The notes: generated by a model from the sequence alone, not told the origin. A stretch of 63,531 nucleotides of DNA, filler included, from Reticulomyxa filosa (GCA_000512085.1; 20 parts of 20 records of this genome joined end to end with filler, not necessarily neighbours in it); one strand, 5' to 3'. Counted from the first letter of the whole stretch, positions 22,290-36,310 are shown. Numbers and translations: made by a program.

Positions 22290-24050
22290 CTCAAATCTTT
22301 GTTATAAAAATTTCTCAGGAAGAAGAAATTTGCCTTGGAAATTTGTATTGGGTGGCGTAGGAGCAAGCGCATGGTCGATATTTTCGATCGAACCAAGCTC
22401 CTTGTACCACGCATCCATATTATTCTCCATTGTTTGGTTGATATAGGTAGGATTGCCGATGGGAACACTAAGTAATGTAATATTAAACTCGGTGTTTTGC
22501 TTCATGTCTGCAAATTGGCAGGAGGAGCGATCGAGTGATCTGCGAGCCATTCAAACTTGTTTATGTTGATTTTGATACAATGTTGGAAAATTAAGTTTTC
22601 GATTGCCTCAAGTTGGAGCGCGTCTTGTAGCAAAATTGCGAAAATAGCAATTCCTAGATGATCTCATTGGCGAACGCCGGTGCACGAATGGATGATGTCA
22701 CCGTTAGGTAGCAATAGCGGTGTGTTCACCGTATCATTTGTTCACATATGGAGATAGTTGTAGTATTTTGTAATTAACTAGTTGAAGTTTTTGGCGACTG
22801 ATAGTATTAAATGCATTCATGAAGTCAATTTTGGTGGCAACTGCTACTGTGTTTGCTGTGTGTTGCCTTGAAACTGTGTGCGAATAGTTCGTACCTTTAT
22901 GAGTATTGATACTGAATGTTTGACTTATATAATGTCTTTTCCCCAGGATAGCTGCTGAACTACAAAGAAGTGATCTAACCGCGATTGGTCTTGGTGAACA
23001 GTGACTTGGATACATCTATCAATCTGTCGCCTTATGTAATGTGTCTGGACTACTCGCAAACGTTTCCACTTGCTATCATGTGTGCAATATTGACACAGTT
23101 TGTTATTACTTCAGTCTCGAACTTGTATGATTCAATATCGTGCAGGAATTTCTCAACAAACAAGTCAATTATGACTTACTACTTTCGGGAAAGTTTTGTG
23201 TTTATTCTTTTACTTTATTGTATTTGATTGATTGTACTTTTGTGTTTGATGTTATTTTGCTAGAAATAGTGATTTGAAGGCGGTCATCGTATTTATGATT
23301 TGTAGTTTATCGATTATTTCACTGTCGTATGATAACAGTTGTGTTAGTCTTAACGATTAGAATGCTTTATATTATTATCATATTGATGTGAATTTCATGC
23401 ATATTGCGAATTGCATTCTAGTATTGTTTGTTATTGTCACTGATTATTACTATGTCTTTGATCTTTTGTGATTGCGCTAGGAAATCAAACTAGTTACTGC
23501 TATCCATTTATGTATACGATTAATGATCATGGAATTAAGTGTTTTGAGTTGTTGTTTGACGTTTCTTTCGGACTGCCATAAGGTTAAGCGAATGAATAAC
23601 ATCAATGATACAAACGCTTGAATGTTGCTAAATCTTTAGGGTCCGCTATTGATACTAAATGCGCATTTGGCGTGAATGTTATTGGTGGATCTACCTTTCG
23701 ATAAGATTTTCTTGCAATATGTGCAAATAATACTGTTATATTTTTGTAAGAATTCTTCTGGGATTTTTCCAGTTAGCTTTCATGTTGTATGTTTGTCTAT
23801 GTGTGAGTACATGACATATGCTTTTGATATTGTGTTGTATGTGTCAGTTGTGTGTAAGTTGTCAAGATGGCCAGTGCTCGCAATATATTGATGCATTATT
23901 ATTTGATAAGCAATTTCGGATGTATTGAGCGGATTTAATGACAATTGCAGTTTTTGGGCATTGATAGTATCGGCCTCCTTAAAGTCTGGCGGTGTCAAAT
24001 GCAAGTTGTTCTTTTCTTTTGTTGCATAGCAAAAAAGGTTTGCGATTTTT
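22290..24050 (-). mobile_element. Degenerate non-LTR retrotransposon (CRE/SLACS-like), copy A
   Basis: RT motifs RPIAV and KIDFMNAFNTISRQ, and LLSVPIGNPTYI downstream. Many stops and frameshifts. Confidence 0.75.
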
Positions 24051-24829
24051 CGGTGGAGCTGTTTAAGCTGTTATTGTTGATTTATGTGCTTAGACAATAG
24101 TGCAAGGACAATAAAAAATTTGATGTTCTGTGTTTCCTATGTTCTTTTGAATTGGGTAAACATTTCTAAGGCAGTGTGTATATGAATATTGATTAGACTA
24201 AGTGTAATACGATAGGAACTTAGTTCCAAGAAACCAATTTCAGTAAAACAAAGTAAATTGAGAATAAATAATTCAACACAATAAAGAAAACAAGCAAAAA
24301 CACGAAAAGTGAGTTGTGTTTTGAAGATGGAGTCTCAAAGTTCACATAGTAGTTAATATTGTATAATAGTGACTTACCCTACATTTGCTTTTGCATTTAC
24401 GTGGAGTAATTCAACTTTGATTATTTCTAAGTTGTTGTTTTGATGTTAGAGATATTTTTTTATTCACTTGGCAATAAATTCAACAAATAAATAAATAATA
24501 CATTTTATTGAAAACACAAAAATAAAATTATGATGGATTGAATAGTTTCTTAAAAAGGGTCTAGTTACAGATTTTTTCTTTTTTTGTCTATCGTCAGCAG
24601 TCGCCGTGCCTTGGTTAAATTAAAAATTTAAATAAGTTGCAAACGAAATAGATTTTACGTACCCAATCTAAAAAGAACACAACAAATGATATGTTTTTGC
24701 ATTCTTTGAGTTATGAACAGTGTTTTATGCTCACTCTATTCTTGTTCTGGATGCCAGTTTGTGTTGAAGAGTTTTTACTGTTATTCGCGTTGAGTGGTTA
24801 CTGTTTGATAAAATTAAAATATTGTGTAT

Positions 24830-26260
24830 TAGTTACTTGCGATGTGTAATTAATGCTAAATCATTACCTTTCTGAATGGCAACAATCAATGCAAGGAAGA
24901 TTATCTCTTTGACTTTGTCTAATGTGATTTTTTCTTTGTTTACGATGGCTTGATCTAGCGAATGTAAGAATTTCTTTGCCTCTTGTGCCAACCACCGGTG
25001 GTCTCCACGATCAATGGTATATATTCTGAACTGCTTTGGTTACTTGCTTGATTACATCTTCTATTTTTTGTGTCAAAGTATCTTTGTACAGCATATAGAC
25101 AATCAAATTTGTGGTCGTACATCGAATAAAGACACGTCATATTGATTGTCAAACCATTTCATGACGATGTCTACTGGCCTCTTCTTTCTGCCGTTGTATA
25201 TGCGGAGGTTCAATTTGGTGGTAAAGGCATGCCTTTTTCAACAAATTTGAGATATATTACACTATCTTATCGTGTCGGAAGATTCGGCCTTTGCCATATT
25301 TGCATTGTAATGCATAGTCACCGTGGGAGTCCATTGTCTTTGGGCAATCAGGTCCACCATTGCACTTTGTATTTGATGTGATTGACATCCCGTGTCGATA
25401 TTGAAGAAAACTCTATGTTCTCAAAGTAAATATATAGGTTGCCATTTGGGACTGCATGTAGATAAGATGATGATTATTTGACGGAAATTGGCGTTAATAA
25501 TTTGTTAAATCTTTCTGATGAATTTTGTTTCAATATGGCTGTTGTGTGGTCGATTATGTGCGGTCCAGTTGATGAACTTGTCATGTGTTGGAATATGGCA
25601 TTGTTGATTTCGACCTGGCATATCTATCAGTTGCTGATGATACCAAAAATGGTAAGCAATGTGAATATGTCATAAAAAGAAGATGCGATGAAGTCGGCGC
25701 TAGAAAATTGTTTAATAATGCGCAGGTCTAGACAATCTAATCTGATATGCAGTTGGCATTTCATTCATTGGGTTTCTGTTAGTAAATTATTGACGATTGA
25801 TTCAGCGGCCCCTTTCAATCTGCTGTCGAATCTTCTGCCCCAATTGTCTCGGAGATCAGTAGTTTGCACGCAAAAGTTAATTGACTTTTGATGTTTGCGT
25901 TGAGTGGCGAATAGGCAGGAGCATTGTCTGGTCGTGGTTGATGTTCGCAATCGAGTCAAACTCTTTGTTCAACGCGTCCATATTGTTATCCATTGTGATT
26001 GATGTATGTGGGACTACTGATGGGAATGCTGACAAGTGTTTTGTTGTGTTTCATATCTGCAAGTTTGTCATGATTAGCAGTCGCGGTGTCGGCAAGCTAT
26101 TCACACTTACTGGTGTTGATTTCGAGGCAATGGGTTCTTTATTGGATGAACAGGTTCTCTATTGCTGATGTTATTGTTGTGAAAGCTATTACCAGGTCGT
26201 CGTGGTAGGCTGCATAGTATAAATTACGGACGTTTGTGAATGTAAGTTCTAGTGCATTGT
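24830..26260 (-). mobile_element. Degenerate non-LTR retrotransposon (CRE/SLACS-like, RLE endonuclease), copy B
   Basis: RT catalytic AAYHDDL (YHDD at 26196-26207). Zn-knuckle/RHD block DCPKTMDSHGDYALQCKYGKGRIFRHD (25261-25349). RLE tail YIPLIVETTGGW. Shares the M.NNMDA..KE..SI.NI.H block with copy A. Confidence 0.8.
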
Positions 26261-26574
26261 TAAGCACATTGCGAAAAGGGCACTTTCAGTTAGGTTTGCT
26301 GTTTTTTCATCAGATATACAGTAGGATAAAAAAGAAAGTTAACACTTAAAATGCCATCTTATAGAGATTGTGTTTCTTCATGAAAAAACAACATCTAATC
26401 AAAATTTTTTAAAAAAATATCTACTAATCGTGTAGTTTTTAAATATCATTTTGGTTTTTTATTAAGTCTTTACAATTTTTTTCAAAAATTTTAATTTTTC
26501 ATTTACTTTAAAAAAATTTTTTGTAGTGACTGAGTATGATAATATTTGTTTTTTAAAATTTAATTTAAGTTTAC

Positions 26575-27030
26575 CAACGTGTTATATCTTCTTTGGCTTT
26601 TTTAACGGCATGTATTTTCTTTGGAATCGACTTTATTAAGGTTTCAAAAATATTTAATTTTTTCTATTCTGTTTCGAATTTGTTCCAAATTTCTTCAGTG
26701 GTATCAAATGGTCCTTTTTTGTGAATCATTGTATTCACTATCCACCAAAGATTTTCAATTGGATTTAAATCATGTAAATTATCAGTAAATTTGTTACTTT
26801 TATTTTTTTTTGTTTTAACTATTTCATAATTTTTCCGATTTATAGCATGTTGCATTATCTTGCTGAAAATCAAATTCTATTTATTTTCTAAGCAATAGTT
26901 GACGTTTTTAGACTTTGTCAGATAAAACTTCTTTATATATCAGTATTTACTCCACCTTCCACCTTGCAAGCGTAACATATTCATAATGCTCCAAAACATG
27001 TACAGACTAAAATGCTTCAATACCAAATTT
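26575..27030 (-). mobile_element. Tc1/mariner DDE transposase relic
   Basis: FQQDNATC and DLNPIENLW motifs, then LIKSIPKKIHAVKKAK, in shifted frames. Confidence 0.8.
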
Positions 27031-27329
27031 TGTTCTTCTTGTTATCGATTTTCATCNNNNNNNNNNNNNNNNNNNNNNNNNNNNNNNNNNNNNNNNNNNN
27101 TTAATTAATTAANNNNNNNNNNNNNNNNNNNNNNNNNNNNNNNNNNNNNNNNNNNNTTTTTTTTTTTTCCCAAAACAAAAATGTCCTGTCACTGAACCAG
27201 CTTAGCTTTTCCTTTTCTTTAATCCGCAGTAGTTTCACATTTGTGTTGATGGATGAAGCAATAGCAACAGAAAAAGTCACACCTTAACGAGATAAAACTG
27301 ACAAGACGTCAGCCAGACCTACTCAGTTT

Positions 27330-27680
27330 CGCTCCAAAGGTCCTTACATCCAATTGGCAAAAAATCCACTCAATGTTTGGATGATCGTGGTAGTAATACA
27401 ATTGCTGTCTACATTTGGCATATTTGCAGCTTATCTTTGAGATGAAAGCGTAGCAGACTCAGCCAATATGTAAAGCAAGTGGAAAAGAGCATTACATATA
27501 TTGATAGGAATGATGAGTGTTTTTTTGTTATGGGCTTAAGTCTCGAAAGCTGTAATCACTCGTATTTGTGGTGCATCAAATTTTCGTGGATGTATACATT
27601 AAATATATGGCTACACGTCGCTATGATATTTATTACCACCTGTGCTATCAGCGTTACCACGGGATTCGATGATCAGTTGC
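27330..27680 (+). pseudogene. Possible cytochrome b561-like membrane protein relic
   Basis: Pieces WQKIH, IVVVIQLLSTFGIFAAY, ALHILIGMMSVFLLW and IH.IYGY give spaced His residues in hydrophobic helices, with in-frame stops. Confidence 0.25.
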
Positions 27681-28513
27681 AAGTTTTGCAATTTTTTTTT
27701 TTAGATGTCATTTACTTACAAACATGCACAAATAATATATTTTTATATCCCTCTTTCATAAGAATGAAATGAAAAAGAAGGTATAATCGTTTAGCATTGC
27801 ACTTTGAATAATATAGATGAAAATAAATTGCATCAAAGTCCTAGCGACGTTTAATCAAATGCAACATATCAACATAATAAAATTTTTAAAAAAGAAAATT
27901 AAATGATCTCACAATTACGTCCAATCAAAAATTAATTGATTGAGAACACAATTACTTGATTGATGTTGAATAAGGTTTTTTAACCTTGATAACTTTTTAT
28001 TCCATTCCTCAAAATCCATATTTTTGATTATTCAATAAAAAAAGCAAGTTAAAAATTAAATTGCTGACATCTCATTTGTAAAAAATAAAAAAATGTCTCA
28101 TAGCATTAAAAGTAAGAAAGTTTCATGTCATTCCCCAACACCACTTCTTTTTCATGTATTTGTCACTTTTTTAAAAAAGAAATACTTTTAAAAAAGGGTG
28201 CGTTCAAAAACTGGCAATTTTTTTTAAAAAAATTGAATCTGTTTTCATTGATCATCTTATTAAAAAAACTTCTGTCAATATACCGCAATGGCAGCTGCAC
28301 AAACTCTGTCTCAGCCTTTGCTGGAGAATCAGCAAGGTCAAAAAAAAAAAGGTTGTTTTTTTTTGTGTGTTCCTTTTTTCAAAAAGAAAAAGAAATAAAT
28401 TTGAACATTTGACGTACACATAAAAAAAAAAAAAATGGGAAGAATCGTCACAGGATTCAAGTAATTCGAACGATTTAGAAATACAAAAGCAGAAGTCAAT
28501 TTGGTCAGGTTCA

Positions 28514-28975
28514 GTGTTGTTAGTGCCAGAGTATATCGTGGATCATTTGAATCGTCGTTTGAATCAAATGAACACGACGAAAATATCAGAAGGATTATTG
28601 TTGGTGATGGTATTGTTTGCACTGAATACAGCAATAGGACAATTTTATTCCTATCATGGATACAGAAGCCTGCGCTTTGATATTCATGACGTAGACTCAA
28701 TGTTGTTTTTGCTGTGGCAGTTGTTTTTGTTCATCGCCAATGTGGCGAACATATGTCAATTTCTAGAAGAAATCGTTATCCACAATGAGACATTGAGGTC
28801 ATCCACGTGGCAAAAGTGTGTGGTTTGGATAATGATTATTGTAACTGGAGTGATAGGAATGTTGCCATTGGTCACAATTATCGTGTTATTGCCTTACGTC
28901 TGTGGTTATATTGATGACAAGGATAACAACAATGATATCATTCGTGATGTCAATGCGAGCAACAACAATAATAAC

Positions 28976-29013
<38 letters not shown>

Positions 29014-30817
29014 TAATAACAGTGCTGTTAGTATAAATAATAAAAACAATCAGACAACAACGACAGCAACGACAGCAACAACAACAACAAAATTCAAGCA
29101 AAAAAGTAAATCGAAATGTTGGACTGTAAATGAAATGCAAATTGCATTGGAGTGTATGATCCAAACCCAAATCTTTTTTGGCTATGGTCTGTCGTTTATC
29201 GTCATTTATACGTTCAAAGCGTTTTCACATGCTTACAAACCGGACGACTCGTTCCATGAATGGTCTTGGTGGCAAGACGCCATTGTCGTGTCTGTCGTCA
29301 CTGTCATTTACTCCTTCCTCGCTCTGCATTATATGATCTACAGTGACCGCTTCCTTTTCTCCAAACATGCTGTCCAAGATCATCAACATGCCAACAGCAA
29401 TCCCGCCAACATTGACATCAGTCCTTCTGCTGTCGATATGGACACCCTCAATCCTAAACCCTCCCCTTCTTCCTATTCCTTCTATTCTTCCTCAAATGCG
29501 TGCTGCGCTACATATGGATGGTTCTTTGCCGAAGTTTTGTTTGTTTCCTCCCTGTTTGCATATATATATATATGTATATATATATGTATACATATTTATT
29601 ATTATTATTATTATTTTAATTATTTTATTATTCCACTCTCTTTTTTTTTCTCTCTTTGCAAATTTTGCAGTTGATGTATATCATTGGCGACACTCTGTTC
29701 CGCAGCATGTCAGTGGCGGTGATGATAGTGTTAATGGTCGATCGTGGGTGGTATGTGTATGGAGTGATGATAGCGGAGTGCCTCTGGCTGTTGGAGATGC
29801 TGCTGTCCACTACTCGTTTACAAACACTTGGCTCGAGTATCCTTTTACCTACTTCCAGTTCAATTGGCATAGCAATGTCGCGCAGTTGGGTCGTTGGCGC
29901 ACGAATAATAACAAATCGGAGCACGGACATGAACACAGTGGACACGACGAAGCGAACACGCATGTGACGTTACAATCAGATACACTGCAATATACAAAGA
30001 TCCACAAATGGATACAGCAGCTCCATGACAATAACATTTTGCACCGATCGTATATCGAGTATTGGTCGCAATTGCTTTTGAAGTATAAAAATGAAAAGGA
30101 AAGACAAGTGGAAGAGCAAAAAAAAGAGCTGTCTAAACAAATGAAATCGCTTGAAAAAAAGCAAAAAAAAAAACAACAACAGCAACAAAAACAAAAACAA
30201 AATGAAACACAAAAAAAAGAAGAGGAAACTCTATCCTCATCACAAATGGACGCACTTAGTTTTCCTTCCAATTCCAAACACGATCTCTACCTCTCCGACC
30301 AACATGCTCTCTCTAAAACAGACTCCACTTTTTATGGAGCCGCCAAAAATCTGGAGCCACTTACTATCGATCACTCCTCCTTGGCCAATGTTGCTGGATT
30401 CGTCAGTGTCATTGGAGGCGTTGTTGGTTAACTAATAAAAAAAAATAGTCTTTGCATTTTTGTAAAAAAATAAAAATAAAATATTATATACATATACAAA
30501 TGGCAGGTTGCTTTTCTGGTTTCTTGATCAACAAGACATTTCATCATTTATTGTGGGCAAATAAGGAAAAAGTGCATACATACAAAACGGAAAAAGGGAA
30601 GAAAGGTACAAATAACGCTGGAAGCAAAGAAAAACGCGTATATGAATATGTTATACTAAGTCTGCTCTGTCGACAAATTTTCAATCTTATTTGCTTTGCC
30701 GCTTTTTCTACGCAATTCCATAGCTTAATTTTATTGCTCACTTTCCCTCTGTTCCTCTTGCAGATACCCTTCGCTGGCTTCATTATTAAATCCCGTGGGT
30801 CTTTCCTTTCGCCTTGA
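28514..30817 (+). CDS. Hypothetical polytopic membrane protein (multi-exon, Asn/Thr low-complexity inserts)
   Basis: Long ORFs with many hydrophobic segments. Intron-like gaps at about 29545-29670 and 30428-30505. Confidence 0.55.
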
Positions 30818-31389
30818 TTTGCTATTTCCTTGACACTTTTTTTTTTTTTGGAATCAGGACATTTTTATTATTGTTGTGTCGTTGTTTGGGTTTTCTCTTG
30901 ATATTTGTTGAAACGTATATGCGAGACAAAAACAAACAACTCTTAAAACATAAACAGACTGTGATTTGATTTGTTGATGTCAATAAGTTCATTCAATTCA
31001 TTTTCAAAAATTATTTTAATTTTTTTTTTTCTTGTCGAGGTACTCGTCACAAATACCCTTCATCTTTTGATAATCGAACATTTCACTTTTGTCTTATTTT
31101 TGCTCATAAGAACAGTATGGGCTGTCCTTGTACTTTCTAAAACGAAAATTGGGTTCATATTTTGTTAACTTAAAAAGAGTAAAAACTTATTGACTTGATT
31201 ATTTTTTATTGTAAGAAAACTTAGATCAGCTTTCATTGAATGTTATCAACAATAATTTTATCTTATATACATTTGACACGGCAAAAAAAAATAATTAAGT
31301 CATGTAGGTAAAGATTAGAAATGCTTCAAGATTGTTTACATGATCAACATCTTTTTAAAATTTAGCCTTGGCATTAGAGGATGGTGCAG

Positions 31390-32700
31390 AGCAAACAACC
31401 CCAGGTTAGCGATTGGTTGTTGACTGAGTGAACCTCGTCAAAATTTTTTCCACGGTTACTTTCATATTGGTTGATAGCAAAATGGATTTGATCCGTGTCA
31501 ATTTCAGTAGTTTTTGAATCATTTTGCCGTGTTTTATGGATTGATTCACGCTTCTGGAAGCAAAGAAACAAAAAAGCAAAACAATAAAGCCAAGTTGACA
31601 AAAATCACTGTTTTTTTATAATACCTGCTTGCGTATTATTGCTAACCATTGTTCATCAATCCGAGAGCCGGGAATGGAAATGGTCAATGTCCCTTTTAAA
31701 ACTGGTTGTGACAAGTCTATTGGCATAAATACACATAATAATTAATTTAAGGTATCACTTAGAGTGTTATAGCACTTTCACTGGCTCTTTTTTTCCTCCT
31801 TGCACGTCAAAAAAATTGAAGTCATCAAAGAATTTATCTCAAAAAATCTTGCAAAACAATCCAAAGGGGTGGGAGAAGAAACGTGGCATTTTAATTTCAA
31901 CAAAAAAATAGTAGCAATTCTGTGGATGCTGTGTACGTTCGAAGCTCCATTTAAAAAAAAAATAAATAAAAATCAATTGCCAAACTTGTGGGATAAATTT
32001 TTTCCCCTGGTGTAATCTCATCATTGTTGTTGGCAGTAGTATGACGTTCTATTTTTTTGATATCTTCGAAATCAACAATTGGTATTGCAACTTTTTTTTT
32101 CATTTTTGATTCATTGGTCTTGGCAACATTAATATTTTTTCCAACTTCAAAGGCACCTGTCTCCAGTACAAGCTCTTCAATTGCAAGTGGCAAAGCTGGT
32201 CCAGGGCCCAATTCGTTGTCATTTCGCTGCACTTCGGACGGTGGTGACAGAGGTTCGTCTTCTGTGCTGTGATCGTCGGGAATGGCGGACCCAAGGTAAC
32301 AACCATGTAGAGTATTTTTGACATTTCGAACATCAAAATCTTGTTTTGTACTGTCAGTCTGACCAGTACTGTCGCGTGAGTTATTACATTGAAGTTGCTC
32401 CAATTGCTTATCTTGTGAGATATTTACTGATTTACCGAGTTCATTACTGTCACAATTGAACGAGCAATTCAGGTTCACACTTGCCTCACCAATGATCTCA
32501 TTTTTATTTGTGTTTTCATTCGCAGTGATTTGACAGGACTCTTTTGTGCACAGTTTAACAATTTTCTTTGACTCTCTACGTCTTTGTGCAAGATTTTGAT
32601 CTTCATTCCTTCCTCTCAGAAAATTTTGTCTGCCAATGCTATTAGTGCAAGACTGACTATGAAATTCAGGAGCCATGAGCTGTAAGCGTTTGATATGCTC
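31390..32700 (-). CDS. Hypothetical protein, 3' part (multi-exon)
   Basis: A 241-aa ORF at 31951-32676 followed by smaller exon-like segments. No motif recognised. Confidence 0.4.
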
Positions 32701-32814
32701 TATTTTTTTTTTTTNNNNNNNNNNNNNNNNNNNNNNNNNNNNNNNNNNNNNNNNNNNNTTAATTAATTAANNNNNNNNNNNNNNNNNNNNNNNNNNNNNN
32801 NNNNNNNNNNNNNN

Positions 32815-33125
32815 TTCCACTCAACGCAATACACCCCAACACAACTCAATACAGCCCAACACAACTTAACTCACTCCAACTCTACTCAACCCAACTCAAC
32901 CTAACCCAACACAGGACACCTCGACACAATTCAGATCCAACCCAACAAGACGATACTCAAACATAACCAGACACAATCCAACTACACATATCTTAAAATA
33001 ACCCAACTCAGCAAAACCCGACGCAATCTAACTACTCACAATCTGACTCAACATAACCAGAATCGATCTAACGCAACATAACCAAATTAATCCAATACAA
33101 GTCGATAAAACTCGACAAATTAAAT
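32815..33125. repeat. Degenerate 5-nt periodic array (CAACN / ACTCA / ACCCA)
   Basis: For example ctcaacccaactcaacctaacccaacac. About 300 nt of pentamer periodicity with strong C/A strand bias at a contig end. Confidence 0.7.
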
Positions 33126-33299
33126 ATAATTCAATATTTTCTACAAATTGCCATTTGTTCAGTATGAGTCTATATTAAAAAACATATTAATTATGCGTTT
33201 GTGTTATTAACTCCTTTTTTTGGTTGTTTATACAGATTAAAACATCACATATAGATTACATTGTAATATCGACATCCAATAGCAAATCATATATAATAT

Positions 33300-34754
33300 T
33301 TACCAATCAATTAGTTCTCCAACAACTTGTCAATGCATTCAATCAAATATCTTCAAGGGTGCAATCATCCAATTCCAGCAGCAAGCTCAGAAATTTAAAA
33401 AGATGCAACGTTTTCCGCAATAGTCACTCGTCCAGCTCTTGAGTATTTTCTCCGCTCTTTCGTCTGCTTTTTGTTCTTTGAGTTCTTCTTCTCGCCAAAT
33501 TTCTTCCAGCGTTTTATAATTTTTTCCAGTCGATCTCATGCTCATGCATCTTTGGAATTCGTTTGTGGGCTCATGTTCCAATTGTTGCTGTTCCGATTGC
33601 TGCTGTTCCGATTGCTGCTGTTCCGATTGTTGCTCTTGCACTTGTTGCTCTTGAACTTGCTCGGAGTGCGGTTGATCTACTTGCTGCTCTGGTTGTCGAC
33701 TTTCTTCTTCTTCTTCTTCTTCTTCTTCTTCTTGCTGCTGATGTTGTTGGATCTGTTCTATGTAGCAAACCTATTTACATATATGTATATGAAAGTATCA
33801 ACGAATAGTAATAAAATATTATATTGTATTATATAGTGAATCTTAGTTTGTGTATAACTTTTCTTTTAATGCAGCTGATGATATCCGCACAATAGCTGCC
33901 CAATGTATTCATCAATCCGCCAATGCGCATGTGCAAGTTCGTACATACTTGCGCCAACTATTTTTATGTTCAGTTTCATTCAATCAAGTTTTATTCATCA
34001 AATATGTAATGTAATGCAATGTGATGTGATATGTGTATATATATATAACAAGGGGAAAGTAACTCTTTGACGTTTTGGGGCTGGTCCACTATCTTGGGAG
34101 ACATCATCTTCATTCATTTCTCTACGGCCCCTTTTCATATTCGTTCGTCGTCGTTGGCTTCGTGCATTCACTTCTTGCGCTTGGTGGAGCTGATTCTTCT
34201 TCTTCTTCTTCTTCTTCTTCTTGGGTTTGATCTATATCTTCTTTCAACTCTGTATTTTCTTGCACGTGCGACGGTATTTGACCATGCACTTGCTCTAGTG
34301 CTTGTAATTGCACTTGTGTCTGAGTTTGTGGTGGCACCTGATGCACTAATAATTGTATTTGCGCTGGTGCTTGCTGGATTTGAGGTAGCGCTTGATGTGG
34401 CACTTGATGGACCAGTGGTTGTATTTGTGTTGGCGCTTGCTGGACTTGGGGTGGCACTTGTTGGACTTGATGTAGCGCTTGCTGCACTAGTGGTTGTACT
34501 CGTACTGGCGCTTGCTGGACTTGAGGTGGCGGTTGCTGGGCTTGGGGTAGCGCTTGCTGGAATTGAGATGGAGGTTGCTGTGCTTGTGGTGGCGCTTGCT
34601 GGACTTGGGGTAGCACTTGCAGCTGCTGTGCGTGTTGTATTGGCTGTTGTTGTTGGAGTTGCTGTGCTTGTTGAATTTGTTGGACTTGTTGCGCTGGCTG
34701 TTGTGGTTGATTTCCCACTCCATGTTGGTGATGGCCCGCTTGTCCATTATTCAT
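33300..34754 (-). CDS. Gln/Pro/Ala-rich low-complexity repeat protein, probably decaying
   Basis: Tandem PQVQQAPP-like heptads, EQQQS pentads and GAA-encoded poly-Glu. Frame breaks near the GAA run, and stops at the 3' end. Confidence 0.5.
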
Positions 34755-35541
34755 CTGTGGTTTATTATTTTAATATCAATTATTTTATTGTTGTTATTAT
34801 ATATATAATTGAAATAAATTAAAAATTAATTGGAAAGAGAACAAACTCTATATCTCTTGCTTGGCAGTAACGTATCGTCAGAAAAGAACGGTCTTCCCCT
34901 CTTTACCACTCTACTTCTGCGGCTTTCGTCTATTATTCAATTTATTTATTTGGTATGTTTATTTTTTTTTTTTTAATTTGTCTGTTTGCCTCCAAAAACA
35001 TAGCCAATGCACACAAAATGAACCATAAAAATTTTTTTGTATGAAAAAAAAAAAGCAGTGCGCCAGTGGGAACAAGAAAAAAGATCGATGTATGAAAAAA
35101 TCAAAATGGAAATTTACAGAAATTATATTTGACGTATAACAAATGGTGCAAATGGGTGTTATAACAATCAAGCCTCCGTTTTTTACAATCTTTTTTTTGT
35201 TGTTGTGTTGTGCAAGTGTGTGTTTTTTTGTTTACAATTGAAAAAGCCTGAAGCTGATTCGTCGTTATTTTGTCTGTTATTTTGCATTTTTTTCTTTTTT
35301 CCAACTTTTTAAACTGTTGTGCAAACTTGAAAACTAAGGGGATTATTGAACTTTTTTCGTTTTGGTGAGAATTTTTAAAAAGATTAAATTTAACAGTTTT
35401 TTTTTGTCATTCCAAAAGAATAATTATTTTTTCCATTGATCTGGAGTTACTTTTTTTTGCTGGGTCAGATTCAAATACAAATTATTTGACAACGAGCTTA
35501 GGGTTCCAAAAAAAAACTACATAAAGAAAAAACAAATTATC

Positions 35542-36310
35542 ATGACTCAGGAAGTGAAAGTAGGAAAATGTCCTTATGTTGAACTAAACTCACGTCACAA
35601 ACTTACTCACTTAGGTTTTGGGATGTTTCTCTTGAAAGACAAAGCGTGTAGTCAAATGGTGCAAGCAGTTTTGACAGCTGTGTATCGACACATTGACACT
35701 GTAATATTTTATAAAAATGAGCATGAACATCAACTAGGTGAAGGTATTCAATCATATCGTAAAAGAAAATATCGAAAAAGTGAGTGCAGAAGATATATTC
35801 GTAACAAGCAAGTTGTGATCGGATAAACACGGACATAATAAAACGATTTCTGCTGTAAATAACAGCCGGAAAGTCAGTGGATTGGACCATTTTGATCCAT
35901 TCACCTATTGGAGGTGAAAGCCTTAAGACATATATCAAGCCTTGATGGACTTGCAAGGAAAAGGCAGAATTAAATTCATCGGTAAGTCGTACGATTAACC
36001 AGTTATTCATATATAGCAAAATAAAACGATGCTTCGTTGTACAAATGCATTCCCGAGATTTCAGCATCGATTAAGATATTGCTATCATGTCATGGCCACT
36101 AAAGTACTTGAATATGGTACGGAAATCCAGGTCAGAACTGCTCACAGAACAAAATCGAATCTATTCAAAATATAAACAAATAGAACGACATTGTTGTGAA
36201 TGTTGGCTGATAGGCCGTTCCAAAGGTGTTATTATGCCAGCGAAACCCATTTCTGCAAAAGTTTTCGATGATGGCTGTATCATGCGTTATGGGCTCAATC
36301 TGGCAGTTTG
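35542..36310 (+). pseudogene. Aldo-keto reductase pseudogene
   Basis: LGFG...YRHIDTVIFYKNE...LGEGI, then FVTSKL and KGRIKFIG in other frames, with stops. Confidence 0.8.

Noticed and set aside
34067-34822. 251-aa highly hydrophobic membrane-like ORF
   Set aside because: Antisense of the CAA-rich Gln repeat gene; TTG/GTT codons create artificial Leu/Val richness.
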